DNA of 64,000 nucleotides, from positions 1,600,001 to 1,664,000 of the forward strand of contig CAVQXP010000004.1 in NCBI GenBank assembly GCA_963717935.1, given 5' to 3'. Position 1 is the first letter of the stretch; every line of letters begins with the position of its first letter. The notes below the pieces were generated by a model, which was not told the DNA's origin, ran no database searches, and saw nothing but the letters and a program-made list of their open reading frames with translations. A program made the position numbers and the translations under genes. Source of the stretch: Candidatus Eiseniibacteriota bacterium. Lineage in GTDB: Bacteria > Eisenbacteria > RBG-16-71-46. Shown here one piece after another: positions 42,572 through 52,416 of this stretch.

Positions 42572-43183
42572 TTACACGGATTCCCTGGTCCCGCCCTCCG
42601 GCTCGATGCCCTCCGGGGTCCGTTGCCTGCATTCGGTGCAGAGCTCGTCCGCGAGCAGGAAGTCAGGGTGCTTGCGCAGGAAGATTCGCACCTGGCCGAG
42701 GGGATCGGACGCCTTGCGGTCCGCGCCGCAGCCCGGGCAGAGGGGGAGGAGCTCGCGCAGCTCGACGAGCTGGGTGGCGTCCTCCAGCACGACCAGCACG
42801 AGCTTGCGGCCCTCGAGTGCCAGCGGCGAGGCGCTGACCAGGAACCAGCGGTCCTCGGGCGGTCCCGTCGCGCCGAGGATCATGTGCGCCATGCGGCGCG
42901 GCGCCGGCCGTCCCGACACCACCGCCTCGATGGACTGCCGCAGGACACAGGACGGGCAGAAGTCGGTGGTGCCGCAGCCGCCGCGGGAGTCCTGCGGGAA
43001 GATGCAATGGAGCACGTCTCCGGGATGCAGGCTCAGCCGCGTTCCGACTCCGTCGCCCAGCCACTGCCGGGCGGCCCGGTTCGCTTCGAGGATCGTCGCT
43101 TCGCCATCCGCGACGAAGGCCAGGGAAGGGAGCGCATCGAGCAGCGCGAGCAGGCTGGAGCCTTCCGGTAGCACGTGTTCCAT
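42572..43183 (-). CDS. PAS-domain protein with two Cys clusters and no output domain
   Basis: LLDALP...ILEAN; GDVLHC...CGTTDFCPSC; LPLCPGC...LCTEC. Confidence 0.7.
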   Translation of the reverse strand: MEHVLPEGSSLLALLDALPSLAFVADGEATILEANRAARQWLGDGVGTRLSLHPGDVLHCIFPQDSRGGCGTTDFCPSCVLRQSIEAVVSGRPAPRRMAHMILGATGPPEDRWFLVSASPLALEGRKLVLVVLEDATQLVELRELLPLCPGCGADRKASDPLGQVRIFLRKHPDFLLADELCTECRQRTPEGIEPEGGTRESV

Positions 43184-43389
43184 GGTGGCAACCTCGCAGC
43201 GAGCGATGGAGGGCAGCGGGACAGCGGCGGGCCCGGGTGGTGGACGCCGTTTCGGAAGGTGGGCGCTCCGGCACCGAAATCGGGTCGAGCCTGCCACAGG
43301 CCCGGACCCCAGGCAAACGGTCCGGCCTGCCGGGGGCCCGCGCCACCCCGCACTCGTGGTCACATCCGTCACGTCCGGGGTCTGGGTCT

Positions 43390-43418
43390 TTGACGCGGGG
43401 CCGCGGGGGGCGGACGAT
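43390..43418 (+). promoter_or_regulatory. Putative sigma70 promoter TTGACG-N17-GACGAT for the S46 peptidase
   Basis: Hexamers with a 17-nt spacer. Confidence 0.4.
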
Positions 43419-43561
43419 AGGGCCGCGAGCGCGCCGCGTGGCCGCGCGGCCCGTCCTGCGGACGGGGCCGTGCGGCGGGGAGTGCCCGACCAGACTCGCG
43501 TCCTGTCCCATCCCGGTCCTCCGGCCCCTGCCGGTCGGGCCGCGTCCCCGGGGGAGAACTC

Positions 43562-45678
43562 ATGAGCCGCACCGCCACGCTCCGGCGCGGAACCCGCGCC
43601 TTCGCCGCCTCTGCGGCACTCTTCGCCATCCTGGTCGCAGCCGTTCTCCTGCCGGACGCCGTCCGAGCGGACGAGGGCATGTGGACCTTCGACCACCTGC
43701 CGCTCCAGCGGCTGCAGGAGCGCTACGACTTCACGCCCACGCCCGAATGGGTCGAGCACGTCCAGAGGGCCTCGATCAACTTCGGCGGTGGTTCGGGTGC
43801 CTTCGTGTCGCCCGACGGGCTGGCGCTCACGAACCACCACGTGGCGCTCGGCCAGATGGCGAAGATGTCCTCGCCCGGGCACGACTACGTCCGCGACGGC
43901 TTCTTCGCGCGCACTCGCGCCGAGGAGCTGCCCTGCCCCGACCTCGAGCTCAAGGTGCTGATGACCAGCCAGGACGTGACCGCCCGCGTCCTGGGGGCGG
44001 TGGACTCGGCGGCCGTCGACCAGCGAGCAGAGCGCCCAGCGCAAGGTGGCCATGGCCCGCATCGAGCAGGAGGGGAGCCGCGACGGGCTCAGGGGCGAGG
44101 TGGTCGAGCTGTACCGCGGTGGCGAGTACTGGCTCTACCGCTACAAGACCTACAAGGACGTGCGCCTGGTGTGCGCGCCCGAGGAGCAGGCCGCCTTCTT
44201 CGGCGGCGACCTCGACAACTTCTGCTATCCCGCGCCACGACCTGGACTTCGCCTTCTTCCGCGTCTACGAGGACGGCCGGCCGGTCCGCCCGCAGCACTG
44301 GTTCCGCTGGAGCAAGGAGGGCGCGCGCGAGGGCGACCTCGTCTTCGTGGCGGGCAATCCGGGCACGACCAAGCGACTCTACACCGTGGCGCAACTCGAC
44401 CACGAGCGGAACCTGCGATCTGCCGCTGCGGATCCGCCTCAACGAGCAGCGCCTCGCGGCCTACCGGGCCTACGGGGCGCGCGGGCCCGAGCAGGAGCGC
44501 CAGGCCCGCGACCGGGTCCGCGGCCTCGAGAACAACCTCAAGCGCCAGCACGGTTTCCTGGAGGTGCTCTCGGACTCCGGCGGTGATGAAGGCGCGCCGC
44601 GACCGCCGAGGCGGCCCTGCGCCAGCGCATCGCCGCGAACCAGGCGGTCTCGGGGCTGGCGAGCCTCGCCTGGGAGCGCATCGCCGGCGCCATGAAGGAG
44701 ATGGGCCGCCGGCACACGGAGCACGTGGTGCGCGATCTCTCGCGTTCGAGCCGCCTGCTCGACATCGCGAACGGCATCGTGCGCTACACCACCGAGGTGG
44801 TGAAGCCCAACGAGCGAGCGCTTCAAGGAGTACCGCGACGCGAGGCTCGACTCCGAGCGCTTCCGGCTCTTCTCGCTCGCGCCCGTCTATCCCGAGATGG
44901 AGGAGATGACCCTCGGCGTGGTCCTGAGGCAGTGCCGCGGACGAGCTGGGCGCGGACGATCCGTTCGTCCAGGCTGGCGCTGGGCGGACGCACGCCGCAG
45001 GAGTGTCGCGCACACGCTGATCGCGGGCACGAAGCTGGGCGACCTCGCCGTGCGCACGGGCCCTGATCGAGGGCGGTGCGCAGGGCCGTGGCCGCCTCGA
45101 AGGATCCGCTCATCGTCTGGGCGCGTAGGCTCGACGCTCCCTACCGCGAGCTGCGTGCCTGGCACGAGGACCGCGTGCAAAGCGTCGAGACCCTGGACGG
45201 CGGGAGGATCGCGCGGGCGCGCTTCGCGCTCGAGGGCCGGGCGCTGCCCCCGGATGCCACCGGCTCGCTGCGGCTCTCCTACGGGAAGGCGGTCGGCTAC
45301 CCGCAACTGAGCACGCTGGTGCCCTGGGCCACCACGTTCCACGGCCTCTTCGACCGGGCGCTGAGCTTCGGTGGCCAGCCGCCGTTCGACCTGCCGGCGC
45401 GCGTCGCCGAGCACGAGAAGGACCTCGATCTGGCCACGCCGCTGAACTTCGTCAGCACCGACGACATCATCGGGGGGAACTCGGGCAGCGCGGTGCTGAA
45501 CCGCGCAGGCGAGTACGTGGGCCTGGTGTTCGACGGCAACGTGCAGGCCTACGCCTGGGACTACTACTACACCGAGGAGCAGGCGCGCTGCGTCTCGGTG
45601 CATTCGCGGGCGCTGATCGAGGTGCTGCGGAAGGTCTACGACCTGGGCGCGCTGGCGGACGAGGTGGAGGGGAAGTAG
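43562..45678 (+). pseudogene. S46-family dipeptidyl peptidase, multiply frameshifted (probably sequencing indels)
   Basis: ADEGMW, LTNHHV, DVRLV.APE, FFGGD.DNF, GNPGTT, PDATGSLRLSYG, DIIGGNSGS and GLVFDGN spread over all three frames. Confidence 0.85.
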
Positions 45679-45890
45679 CCCCCGGGCACGGCGCCAGAGG
45701 CGCGGCGGGGACCAGCGGAGGGCGAGCGTGTCCGTACTTAGCCGCCTTCCGCTGGTCCCCGCCGCGCCTCTGGCGCCAGGGCAGGTCGGAGGGCGAACGT
45801 GCGGACGATCAGCCGCCCTCCGGCTGGCCCCGCCTCCGTCGCGCCCTGTTGGAGTCCCGGACTCGCCCTGTGGCATAGTGCGGCCCGACC

Positions 45891-47386
45891 ATGACCTCCA
45901 CCCGCGCATCCGGTCTCCTGCTGCATCCGACGTCGCTCCCCGGACGCTTCGGCATCGGCGACCTCGGGCCCGAGGCGTCGCGCTGGGTGGACTTCCTCGC
46001 CGCGGCAGGGCAGAGGCTCTGGCAGGTCCTGCCGCTCGGTCCCACCGGATACGGCGACTCGCCCTACCAGAGCTTCTCGGCCTTCGCCGGGAACCCGTAC
46101 CTCGTGAGCCCCGAGCGGTTGTCCGAGGACGGTCTGCTGGGGCCCTCGGACCTCGCGGGAGTGCCAGCGTTCCCCGCCGACCGCGTGGACTACGGTCCGG
46201 TGATCGAGTGGAAGCTCGCGATCCTGGCGAAGGCCCACGCGCGCTTCTCGGCGGGCGCCGTCCCCGTGCTGCGCGCGGAGTACGATGGCTTCTGCCACGC
46301 ACAGGCGGACTGGCTCGAGGACTTCGCCCTCTTCATGGCGCTCAAGGAAGCGCACGGCGGTGCGACCTGGACCTCGTGGGAGAAGGGCCTGGTCGCGCGG
46401 GAGCCCGGGGCCCTCGCCGCCGCGCGCGAGCGCCTCGCGTCGGCGGTGGACTCGCAGCGTTTCCGCCAGTTCCTCTTCTTCCGCCAGTGGAGGGCGCTGC
46501 GCGCGCGCGCGCGCGCGGCAGGGCGTGCGCATCATCGGCGACCTGCCCATCTTCGTCGCGCACGACAGCGCCGACGTCTGGGCCCATCCGGAACTGTTCC
46601 AGCTCGACGCCCGGGGCGCGCCCGACGGTCGTGGCCGGCGTGCCGCCGGACTACTTCGCGAAGACCGGGCAGCTCTGGGGCAACCCGCTCTACCGCTGGG
46701 ACGACGCTGCGCGCGGGACGGCTACGCCTGGTGGGTGGAGCGGCTGCGCGCCACCTTCGAGGTCGTGGACGTCGTGCGGCTCGACCACTTCCGCGGCTTC
46801 GAGGCATGCTGGGAGGTGCCGGCGGGGCATGCCACGGCCGAGAACGGGCCGCTGGGTGAAGGGGCCGGGCGCGGCACTTCTTCGAGAGCGTGCGCGCCGC
46901 GCTGGGAGCGCTGCCCATCATCGCCGAGGACCTCGGCCTGATCACCCCCGAAGTCTTCGCGCTGCGCGACCGCTTCGATCTGCCGGGGATGAAGGTCCTG
47001 CAGTTCGCCTTCGAGAAGGACGCGCTGCACCCGTTCCTGCCGCACAACTTCCCGCACGAACTGCGTGGTCTACACCGGGACCCACGACAACGACACCACG
47101 CGCGGCTGGTACGCGAGCGCGCCCGAGAAGGAGCGCCACTTCGCGCGGTCCTATCTGGGTCGCGGAGGGCAGCGACATCACCTGGGACCTGATCCGCGCC
47201 GGCATGGCCTCGGTGGCCGACACGTTCATCGTGCCGCTGCAGGACGTCCTGGACCTGGGGCCCGAGGCGCGCATGAACCTGCCCGGCCGGCCGGGCGGCA
47301 ACTGGGGCTGGCGTTTCCGGCACGAGCAGGTGACGGACGCCGAGCGCGACCGGCTGCGGGGGCTCGTGGAGACCTACGGGCGATAG
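45891..47386 (+). pseudogene. malQ: 4-alpha-glucanotransferase (GH77), multiply frameshifted (probably sequencing indels)
   Basis: LLHPTSLP, WQVLPLGP, IIGDLPIFV, GVPPDYF..TGQLWGNP, RLDHFRGF, IAEDLG, YTGTHDNDT and RMNLPG in different frames. Confidence 0.88.
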
Positions 47387-47467
47387 CAGACCGCGGAGTT
47401 GGAGGCGCGTGGCCCTCTCCCGGTGTATATTCCCGGATTCCATGACCTTCCACCCGAGGCCCGCCGC

Positions 47468-49540
47468 ATGAATCCAGTCCCCGACTCGCCTGCCCTCCAG
47501 CCGCCCTCCGATCTCAACCCCCGGCACGAGCCGGTGCTCGACTTCCCCGACCGCGAGCTCGGAGAGATGACGCCGGCGGACTACCAGGCTCTGGGCTTCA
47601 TGTCGGGTCTCGAGGTGCACCAGCAGATCGTCACCCGCGGCAAGCTCTTCTGCCGCTGCCCGGCCGGCCGGCGCGTCACCCGCGTGGACGCCGAGGTGCT
47701 GCGTCACATGAGGCCCACGCTCTCCGAGTTGGGCGAGTACGACGGCTGCGCGCTCATGGAGTTCAAGACCCGCAAGGAGATCGTCTACCTGCTCGAGCGG
47801 GGCACGGTCTGCACCTACGAGATCGACGATACGCCGCCCTTCCCCATGGACGACGAGGCCGTGCGCGTGGCGCTCGAGATCGCGCTGCTCTTCGGCCTGA
47901 ACCTGGTCTCCGAGCTGCACGTGATGCGCAAGCAGTACCTGGATGGCTCGATCCCGACGGGCTTCCAGCGCACGGCGATGATGGGGCTCGCCGGGTGCAT
48001 CCCCTTCCGCGTGCCCGAGCTGGGCGTGGACCGCGAGCTGCGCATCCGGCAGTTCTCGCTCGAGGAGGACTCCTGCCGCGAGGTCTCGGACGTCGGGCAC
48101 CGCATCACCTTCCGCACCGACCGGCTGGGGATGCCGCTGATCGAGACGGTGACCGAGCCCGATCTCCTCACGCCCTACGAGGTCGCGGCGGGCGGGCGCC
48201 TCCTCTCCCGCGTGGCGCGGGCTTCGGGCAAGGTGCGTCGCGGGGCGGGCGCGGCGCGTCAGGACACGAACGTCTCGGTCGCGGGCGGCCGGCGCGTCGA
48301 GATCAAGGGCGTGGGCAACCACCGGCACCTGCCGCTGCTCACGCATAACGAGGCCTTCCGGCAGTTGAACCTGCTGCGGGTGCGGGCCGAGCTGCGCAGC
48401 CGCGGGGTGGAGGCGAAGGACCTGGCCGTCCCCGACGGGCCGCGGCCCTGGGAGCGCTCGCCACTCGTCGTGCACGCGGGCCCGATGCTCAGGCGCTGCG
48501 ACTACATGCCGCTGCGCGAGGCGCGCGAGCGCGGCGACACGGTGGTGGCGCTCGCGCTGCCCGGCTTCGGCGGCCTGCTGACGCGGGGCACCCAGCCGGG
48601 CGTGACCTTCGCGCGCGAGTTCGCCGACCGCGTGCGGGTGATCGCGTGCCTCACGGCGCGGCCCTTCATGATCCACTCCGACCTGTCGGACTACGGTCTG
48701 ACCCCGGCCGAATGGCGGTCGCTGCGGAAGAGCCTGCGCGCGGGGCCGTCGGACGCCGTCCTGGTGCTGTGGGGCACCGAGCAGGATGTGGAGACGGCGG
48801 TGCGCGAGGCGTTCCTGCGGGCGCGTGACGCGCTGGTCGGCGTGCCCGCGGAGACGCGGCAGTCCTTCCTGGACGGGACCACCGGATTCGAGCGCATCCT
48901 GCCCGGGGCCGATCGCATGTACCCCGACACCGATACACCCCCGAAGGCCATCCCGGAAGCGTGGGTGGCCGAGATCACCGCGCGCCTGTCCGAGCGCCCC
49001 TGGGAGCGGGAGAAGCGCTACCGCGCCCTCGGGTTCGCCGTGGTGCTGGCGGGCCGGCTGGCCGATGCCACCGAGACCGCGGATCTCTTCGACGCGCTCG
49101 CCGTGCCGGCAGGACCGGCTGCGGCGCGCGTGGCGGGCGCGCTGCTCAAACGTCCTGCGCGCTGGCGCCGCAGGCGGGCGGGCGAATCCCCGGCGAATCC
49201 GGAGCGGTTGAAGCCCCTGGTGGATGCCTTCGTGCAGGGCGAGTTACGGCCGGAGGGCTTCGAGCGCGCGCTCGAGCGCGCGCTGGCCGAGCCGGAACGG
49301 ACGGTGGCGGAGCTGCTCGACAGCGTGCGACCGCGAGCGGGCGATGTCGAAGAGGCCGGGCGGAGCATCGCCGCGGCGGTCGAGCGCTGCCGGGCGCTGC
49401 CGGACCGTCCGCGCGCGAGCCTGGTGCGCTGGGCCATGGGACTGGTGATGCGCGACCTGATCGGGCGCGTGGACCCGCGCGAGGTGCAGGCGCGGCTCGA
49501 GCGAGCGCTCGCGGCCCGGAAGGAGGGGGTGGGGCGATGA
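47468..49540 (+). CDS. gatE: Glu-tRNA(Gln) amidotransferase subunit E (archaeal type)
   Basis: GLEVHQQ..KLFCRCP, RPTLSELGEYD, MRKQYLDGS..TGFQRT, LEEDSCR, DRLGMPLIE, RQDTNVSV.GG.RVEIKGV, an insertion domain (IHSDL..YGL), LPGADRMYPDTD. Confidence 0.92.
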   Translation: MNPVPDSPALQPPSDLNPRHEPVLDFPDRELGEMTPADYQALGFMSGLEVHQQIVTRGKLFCRCPAGRRVTRVDAEVLRHMRPTLSELGEYDGCALMEFKTRKEIVYLLERGTVCTYEIDDTPPFPMDDEAVRVALEIALLFGLNLVSELHVMRKQYLDGSIPTGFQRTAMMGLAGCIPFRVPELGVDRELRIRQFSLEEDSCREVSDVGHRITFRTDRLGMPLIETVTEPDLLTPYEVAAGGRLLSRVARASGKVRRGAGAARQDTNVSVAGGRRVEIKGVGNHRHLPLLTHNEAFRQLNLLRVRAELRSRGVEAKDLAVPDGPRPWERSPLVVHAGPMLRRCDYMPLREARERGDTVVALALPGFGGLLTRGTQPGVTFAREFADRVRVIACLTARPFMIHSDLSDYGLTPAEWRSLRKSLRAGPSDAVLVLWGTEQDVETAVREAFLRARDALVGVPAETRQSFLDGTTGFERILPGADRMYPDTDTPPKAIPEAWVAEITARLSERPWEREKRYRALGFAVVLAGRLADATETADLFDALAVPAGPAAARVAGALLKRPARWRRRRAGESPANPERLKPLVDAFVQGELRPEGFERALERALAEPERTVAELLDSVRPRAGDVEEAGRSIAAAVERCRALPDRPRASLVRWAMGLVMRDLIGRVDPREVQARLERALAARKEGVGR

Positions 49541-50925
49541 CGGACGACCGCTACAAGGGCTACCGCGAGCCCTGCCTGTCGGTCCTGAAGCGGTTCGACG
49601 TGACCGTGTGGTGCGAGGTGCGGGCCCGCACCTCGCGCGGCGATTTCGAGGGCCTGCTGCTCCCGCGCTCGGAGACCGCCGACCCGCTCCACCTCGTGCT
49701 CAAGCTCACCACCGGCTACAACGTGGGGCTGCGCCACGACACGGTCACCGGGCTCGAGAAGATCGGCTACCGCGAGGCGCACTACCAGATCCCCGAGCGT
49801 GAGTTCCCGGTGAACCCGGCCATGCCCCGCGTCAAGCTCCTCGGCACGGGTGGTACGATCGCCTCGCGGCTCGACTACCGCACCGGGGCGGTCATCCCCG
49901 CCTTCAGCCCCGGCGAGCTCTACGGCTCGGTGCCCGAGCTCGCCGACATCTGCAACCTCGAGACGGAGAAGCTCTTCGGGGTGTTCTCGGAGAACATGGG
50001 GCCGGAGCAGTACATCGTGCTGGCGGAGCGGATCGGCGAGGCCATCCGAGACGGCTGGGACGGCGTCGTGGTCGGGCATGGCACCGACACCATGCACCAC
50101 ACGGCCGCGGCGCTCTCGTTCATGGTCCAGCGCTCGCCGGTGCCCGTCATCATGGTGGGCAGCCAGCGTTCCTCGGACCGGCCTTCCTCGGACGCGGCGC
50201 AGAACCTCATCAGCGCGACGTGGGCCGCCGCGCACGGGCCCATCGCCGAAGTCATGGTGTGCATGTTCGGCCCGACGTCTGACCGCTACAACCTGCTGCA
50301 CCGGGGGACGCGCGTGCGCAAGATGCACACCTCCTACCGCAGCACCTTCCGCACGCTGGGGGACATCCCGCTCGCGATGGTCGAGCGCGGGAAGCTCACG
50401 CCGCTCAAGGAGGACTGGGCACCCCGGCGCAAGGACCGGGACGTGACGGTGCAGGCGGTCTTCGAGGAGCGCGTCACGATCGTCTACTACTATCCGAACA
50501 TGAACCCCGACCTGATCGACGCGCTGGTGGAGAAGGGCTACAAGGGGATCGTCATCGCGGGCACGGGCCTGGGGCACGTGAACCGCAAGATCTATCCGGC
50601 CCTCGATCGCGCCCGCAGCGCCGGGGTGCTGATCTTCATGGCCGTGCAGACGCTCTGGGGCTTCGTGCAGATGTACGTCTACGAGACGGGGCGGGAGATC
50701 CTGGAGCTGGGGGTCACTCCGCTCGCGAACATGCTGCCCGAGGTGGCCTACATCAAGCTGGGCTGGGCGCTCGGCGTGCATCCCGACGATCCCGAGGCGG
50801 CGCGGCGGCTCATGGTCACGCCGATCGCGGGCGAGACCACCGAGCGCGAGCCGCACGACGGCTACCTGGTGTTCCAGGGCGGTGTTCCCGAGATCCAGGA
50901 GTTCCTGGGCAAGGTCTGGAAGTGA
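49537..50925 (+). CDS. gatD: Glu-tRNA(Gln) amidotransferase subunit D (archaeal type; asparaginase fold plus N-terminal domain)
   Basis: VLKLTTGYNVG, TGGTIASRLDYRTGAV, HGTDTM, GSQRSSDRPSSDA, RKMHTS.R, GTGLGHV; ATGA overlap with gatE. Confidence 0.94.
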   Translation: MTDDRYKGYREPCLSVLKRFDVTVWCEVRARTSRGDFEGLLLPRSETADPLHLVLKLTTGYNVGLRHDTVTGLEKIGYREAHYQIPEREFPVNPAMPRVKLLGTGGTIASRLDYRTGAVIPAFSPGELYGSVPELADICNLETEKLFGVFSENMGPEQYIVLAERIGEAIRDGWDGVVVGHGTDTMHHTAAALSFMVQRSPVPVIMVGSQRSSDRPSSDAAQNLISATWAAAHGPIAEVMVCMFGPTSDRYNLLHRGTRVRKMHTSYRSTFRTLGDIPLAMVERGKLTPLKEDWAPRRKDRDVTVQAVFEERVTIVYYYPNMNPDLIDALVEKGYKGIVIAGTGLGHVNRKIYPALDRARSAGVLIFMAVQTLWGFVQMYVYETGREILELGVTPLANMLPEVAYIKLGWALGVHPDDPEAARRLMVTPIAGETTEREPHDGYLVFQGGVPEIQEFLGKVWK

Positions 50926-50947
50926 ACCGACGAGGACGGATGACCGC

Positions 50948-52407
50948 ATGAAGCCGACGACGATGGCACCGACCGAAGCGAAACCGGCGCGTGGAGCGGG
51001 AGCGGTGGCTGCCGCGAGTCCCGGGTCCCCGAGCCTGCCCGCCTGTCTGCTCGAACGCCTGATCGGCCGCCCGGCCGCCACCTGGACGGTGGACGACCTG
51101 GTGACGCTCGCCGCCGGGCGCGGCGTGCGTCTCGTGAGCCTCATGCACGTGGGCGGCGACGGCTGGCTCAAGGTCCTGGACTTCGTGCCACGGAGCCGCG
51201 AGCACCTGCGCGACATCCTCTCCGGGGGCGAGCGCGCCGACGGCTCGAGCCTGTTCGCGGGGCTCGGGCCTCGAGGTGGGGGCCTCGGACATCCTGTTGC
51301 GGCCCCGTGTCGAGACCGCGTTCCTCGATCCGTTCGCGGTCCAGCCGACGCTGGTGCTGCTCTGCGGCCACGCGGGGCGCGACGGCGCGCCGCCTGCCGC
51401 AGTCACCCGACACCATCGTGCGCCAGGCCGGCGAGCGGCTGGTGCGCGAGCTGGGCGTCGAGTTGCACGCGCTGGGCGAGGTCGAGTACTTCCTCGGCCG
51501 GCGCGCGGGCGAGGAGGATGTCTACGGCGCGAACGACCGGGGCTACCACGCCACGTCGCCGTTCGTCTTCGGCGAGGCGCTGCGGCGCGAGGCCATGGCC
51601 CTGCTGGCCGAGATCGGCGTGCCCGGTCAAGTACGGGCACAGCGAGGTGGGCTACGTCCAGGCCACCGAGGCGGACGGGCTCATCTGGGAGCAGCACGAG
51701 ATCGAACTGGGACTCGCTCCGCTGCGCGGCCGCCGCCGACGCGGTGGTGCTCACCCAGTGGGTGCTGCGCAACCTCGCGCACCGGCAGGGCATGCGCTGC
51801 AGCTTCGATCCCATCCTGCGACGCGGCCACGCCGGCACGGGCCTGCACTTCCACTTCTCGCCGGTCCGCGACGGGGAGCACCTCGGCGGGCGCGGCGCGG
51901 ACGGGAGCGCTGAGCCCGCCGGCGCAGTGGCTCATCGCGCGGGCTGGTGCGCATGGGCGGGGCGCTCATGGCGTTCGGCAACCGCACCGAGGGCTCGCTC
52001 ATCCGCCTGACCCAGGCCAAGGAGGCGCCCAACGCCATCGTCTGGGGCGAGTTCGACCGCAGCGCGCTGGTGCGGCTGCCGATCGTGGCGCGCACCGAGG
52101 ACGGCCGGCCGGTGAGCCCGCCGACCATCGAGTTCCGGCTGCCCGACGGCTCGGCCCACCCGCACCTGCTGCTCGCGGGCGTGGCGCAGGTGATGGTCGA
52201 GGCGACGGGCGAGCGCGGACGTCGAGGCGCTGCTCGAGCGCACGTCGGTGACGGCGCTCAAGCGCGGAGCGGGGACGGTCGACACCCGTGCCGACACGGT
52301 TCCTCGAGGTGGCGGAGGCGCTGACGGCCAGCCGCGCCGCGCTCGAAGCGGGCGGGGTCTTCCCGCCGGTGCTCCTCGACCGGCTGATCGAGCGCCTGCG
52401 GGCGTAG
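50948..52407 (+). pseudogene. glnA: Glutamine synthetase (type I-like), multiply frameshifted (probably sequencing indels)
   Basis: DGSS, GEVEYF, HSEVG, QHEIE, GTGLHFHFS, RL...EAP...WG..DRSALVRLP and IEFRLPD across frames. Confidence 0.8.
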
Positions 52408-52416
52408 CGCGCCCGC

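Noticed and set aside
43562..47386. Programmed frameshifting or recoding in S46 and malQ
   Set aside because: Too many shifts per gene and no slippery heptamers; sequencing indels are more parsimonious.
49537..50925. Calling this gene a plain L-asparaginase
   Set aside because: The GatD-specific N-terminal domain, the SR.DY.TG and QRSSDRPSSD motifs, and coupling to gatE argue for GatD.
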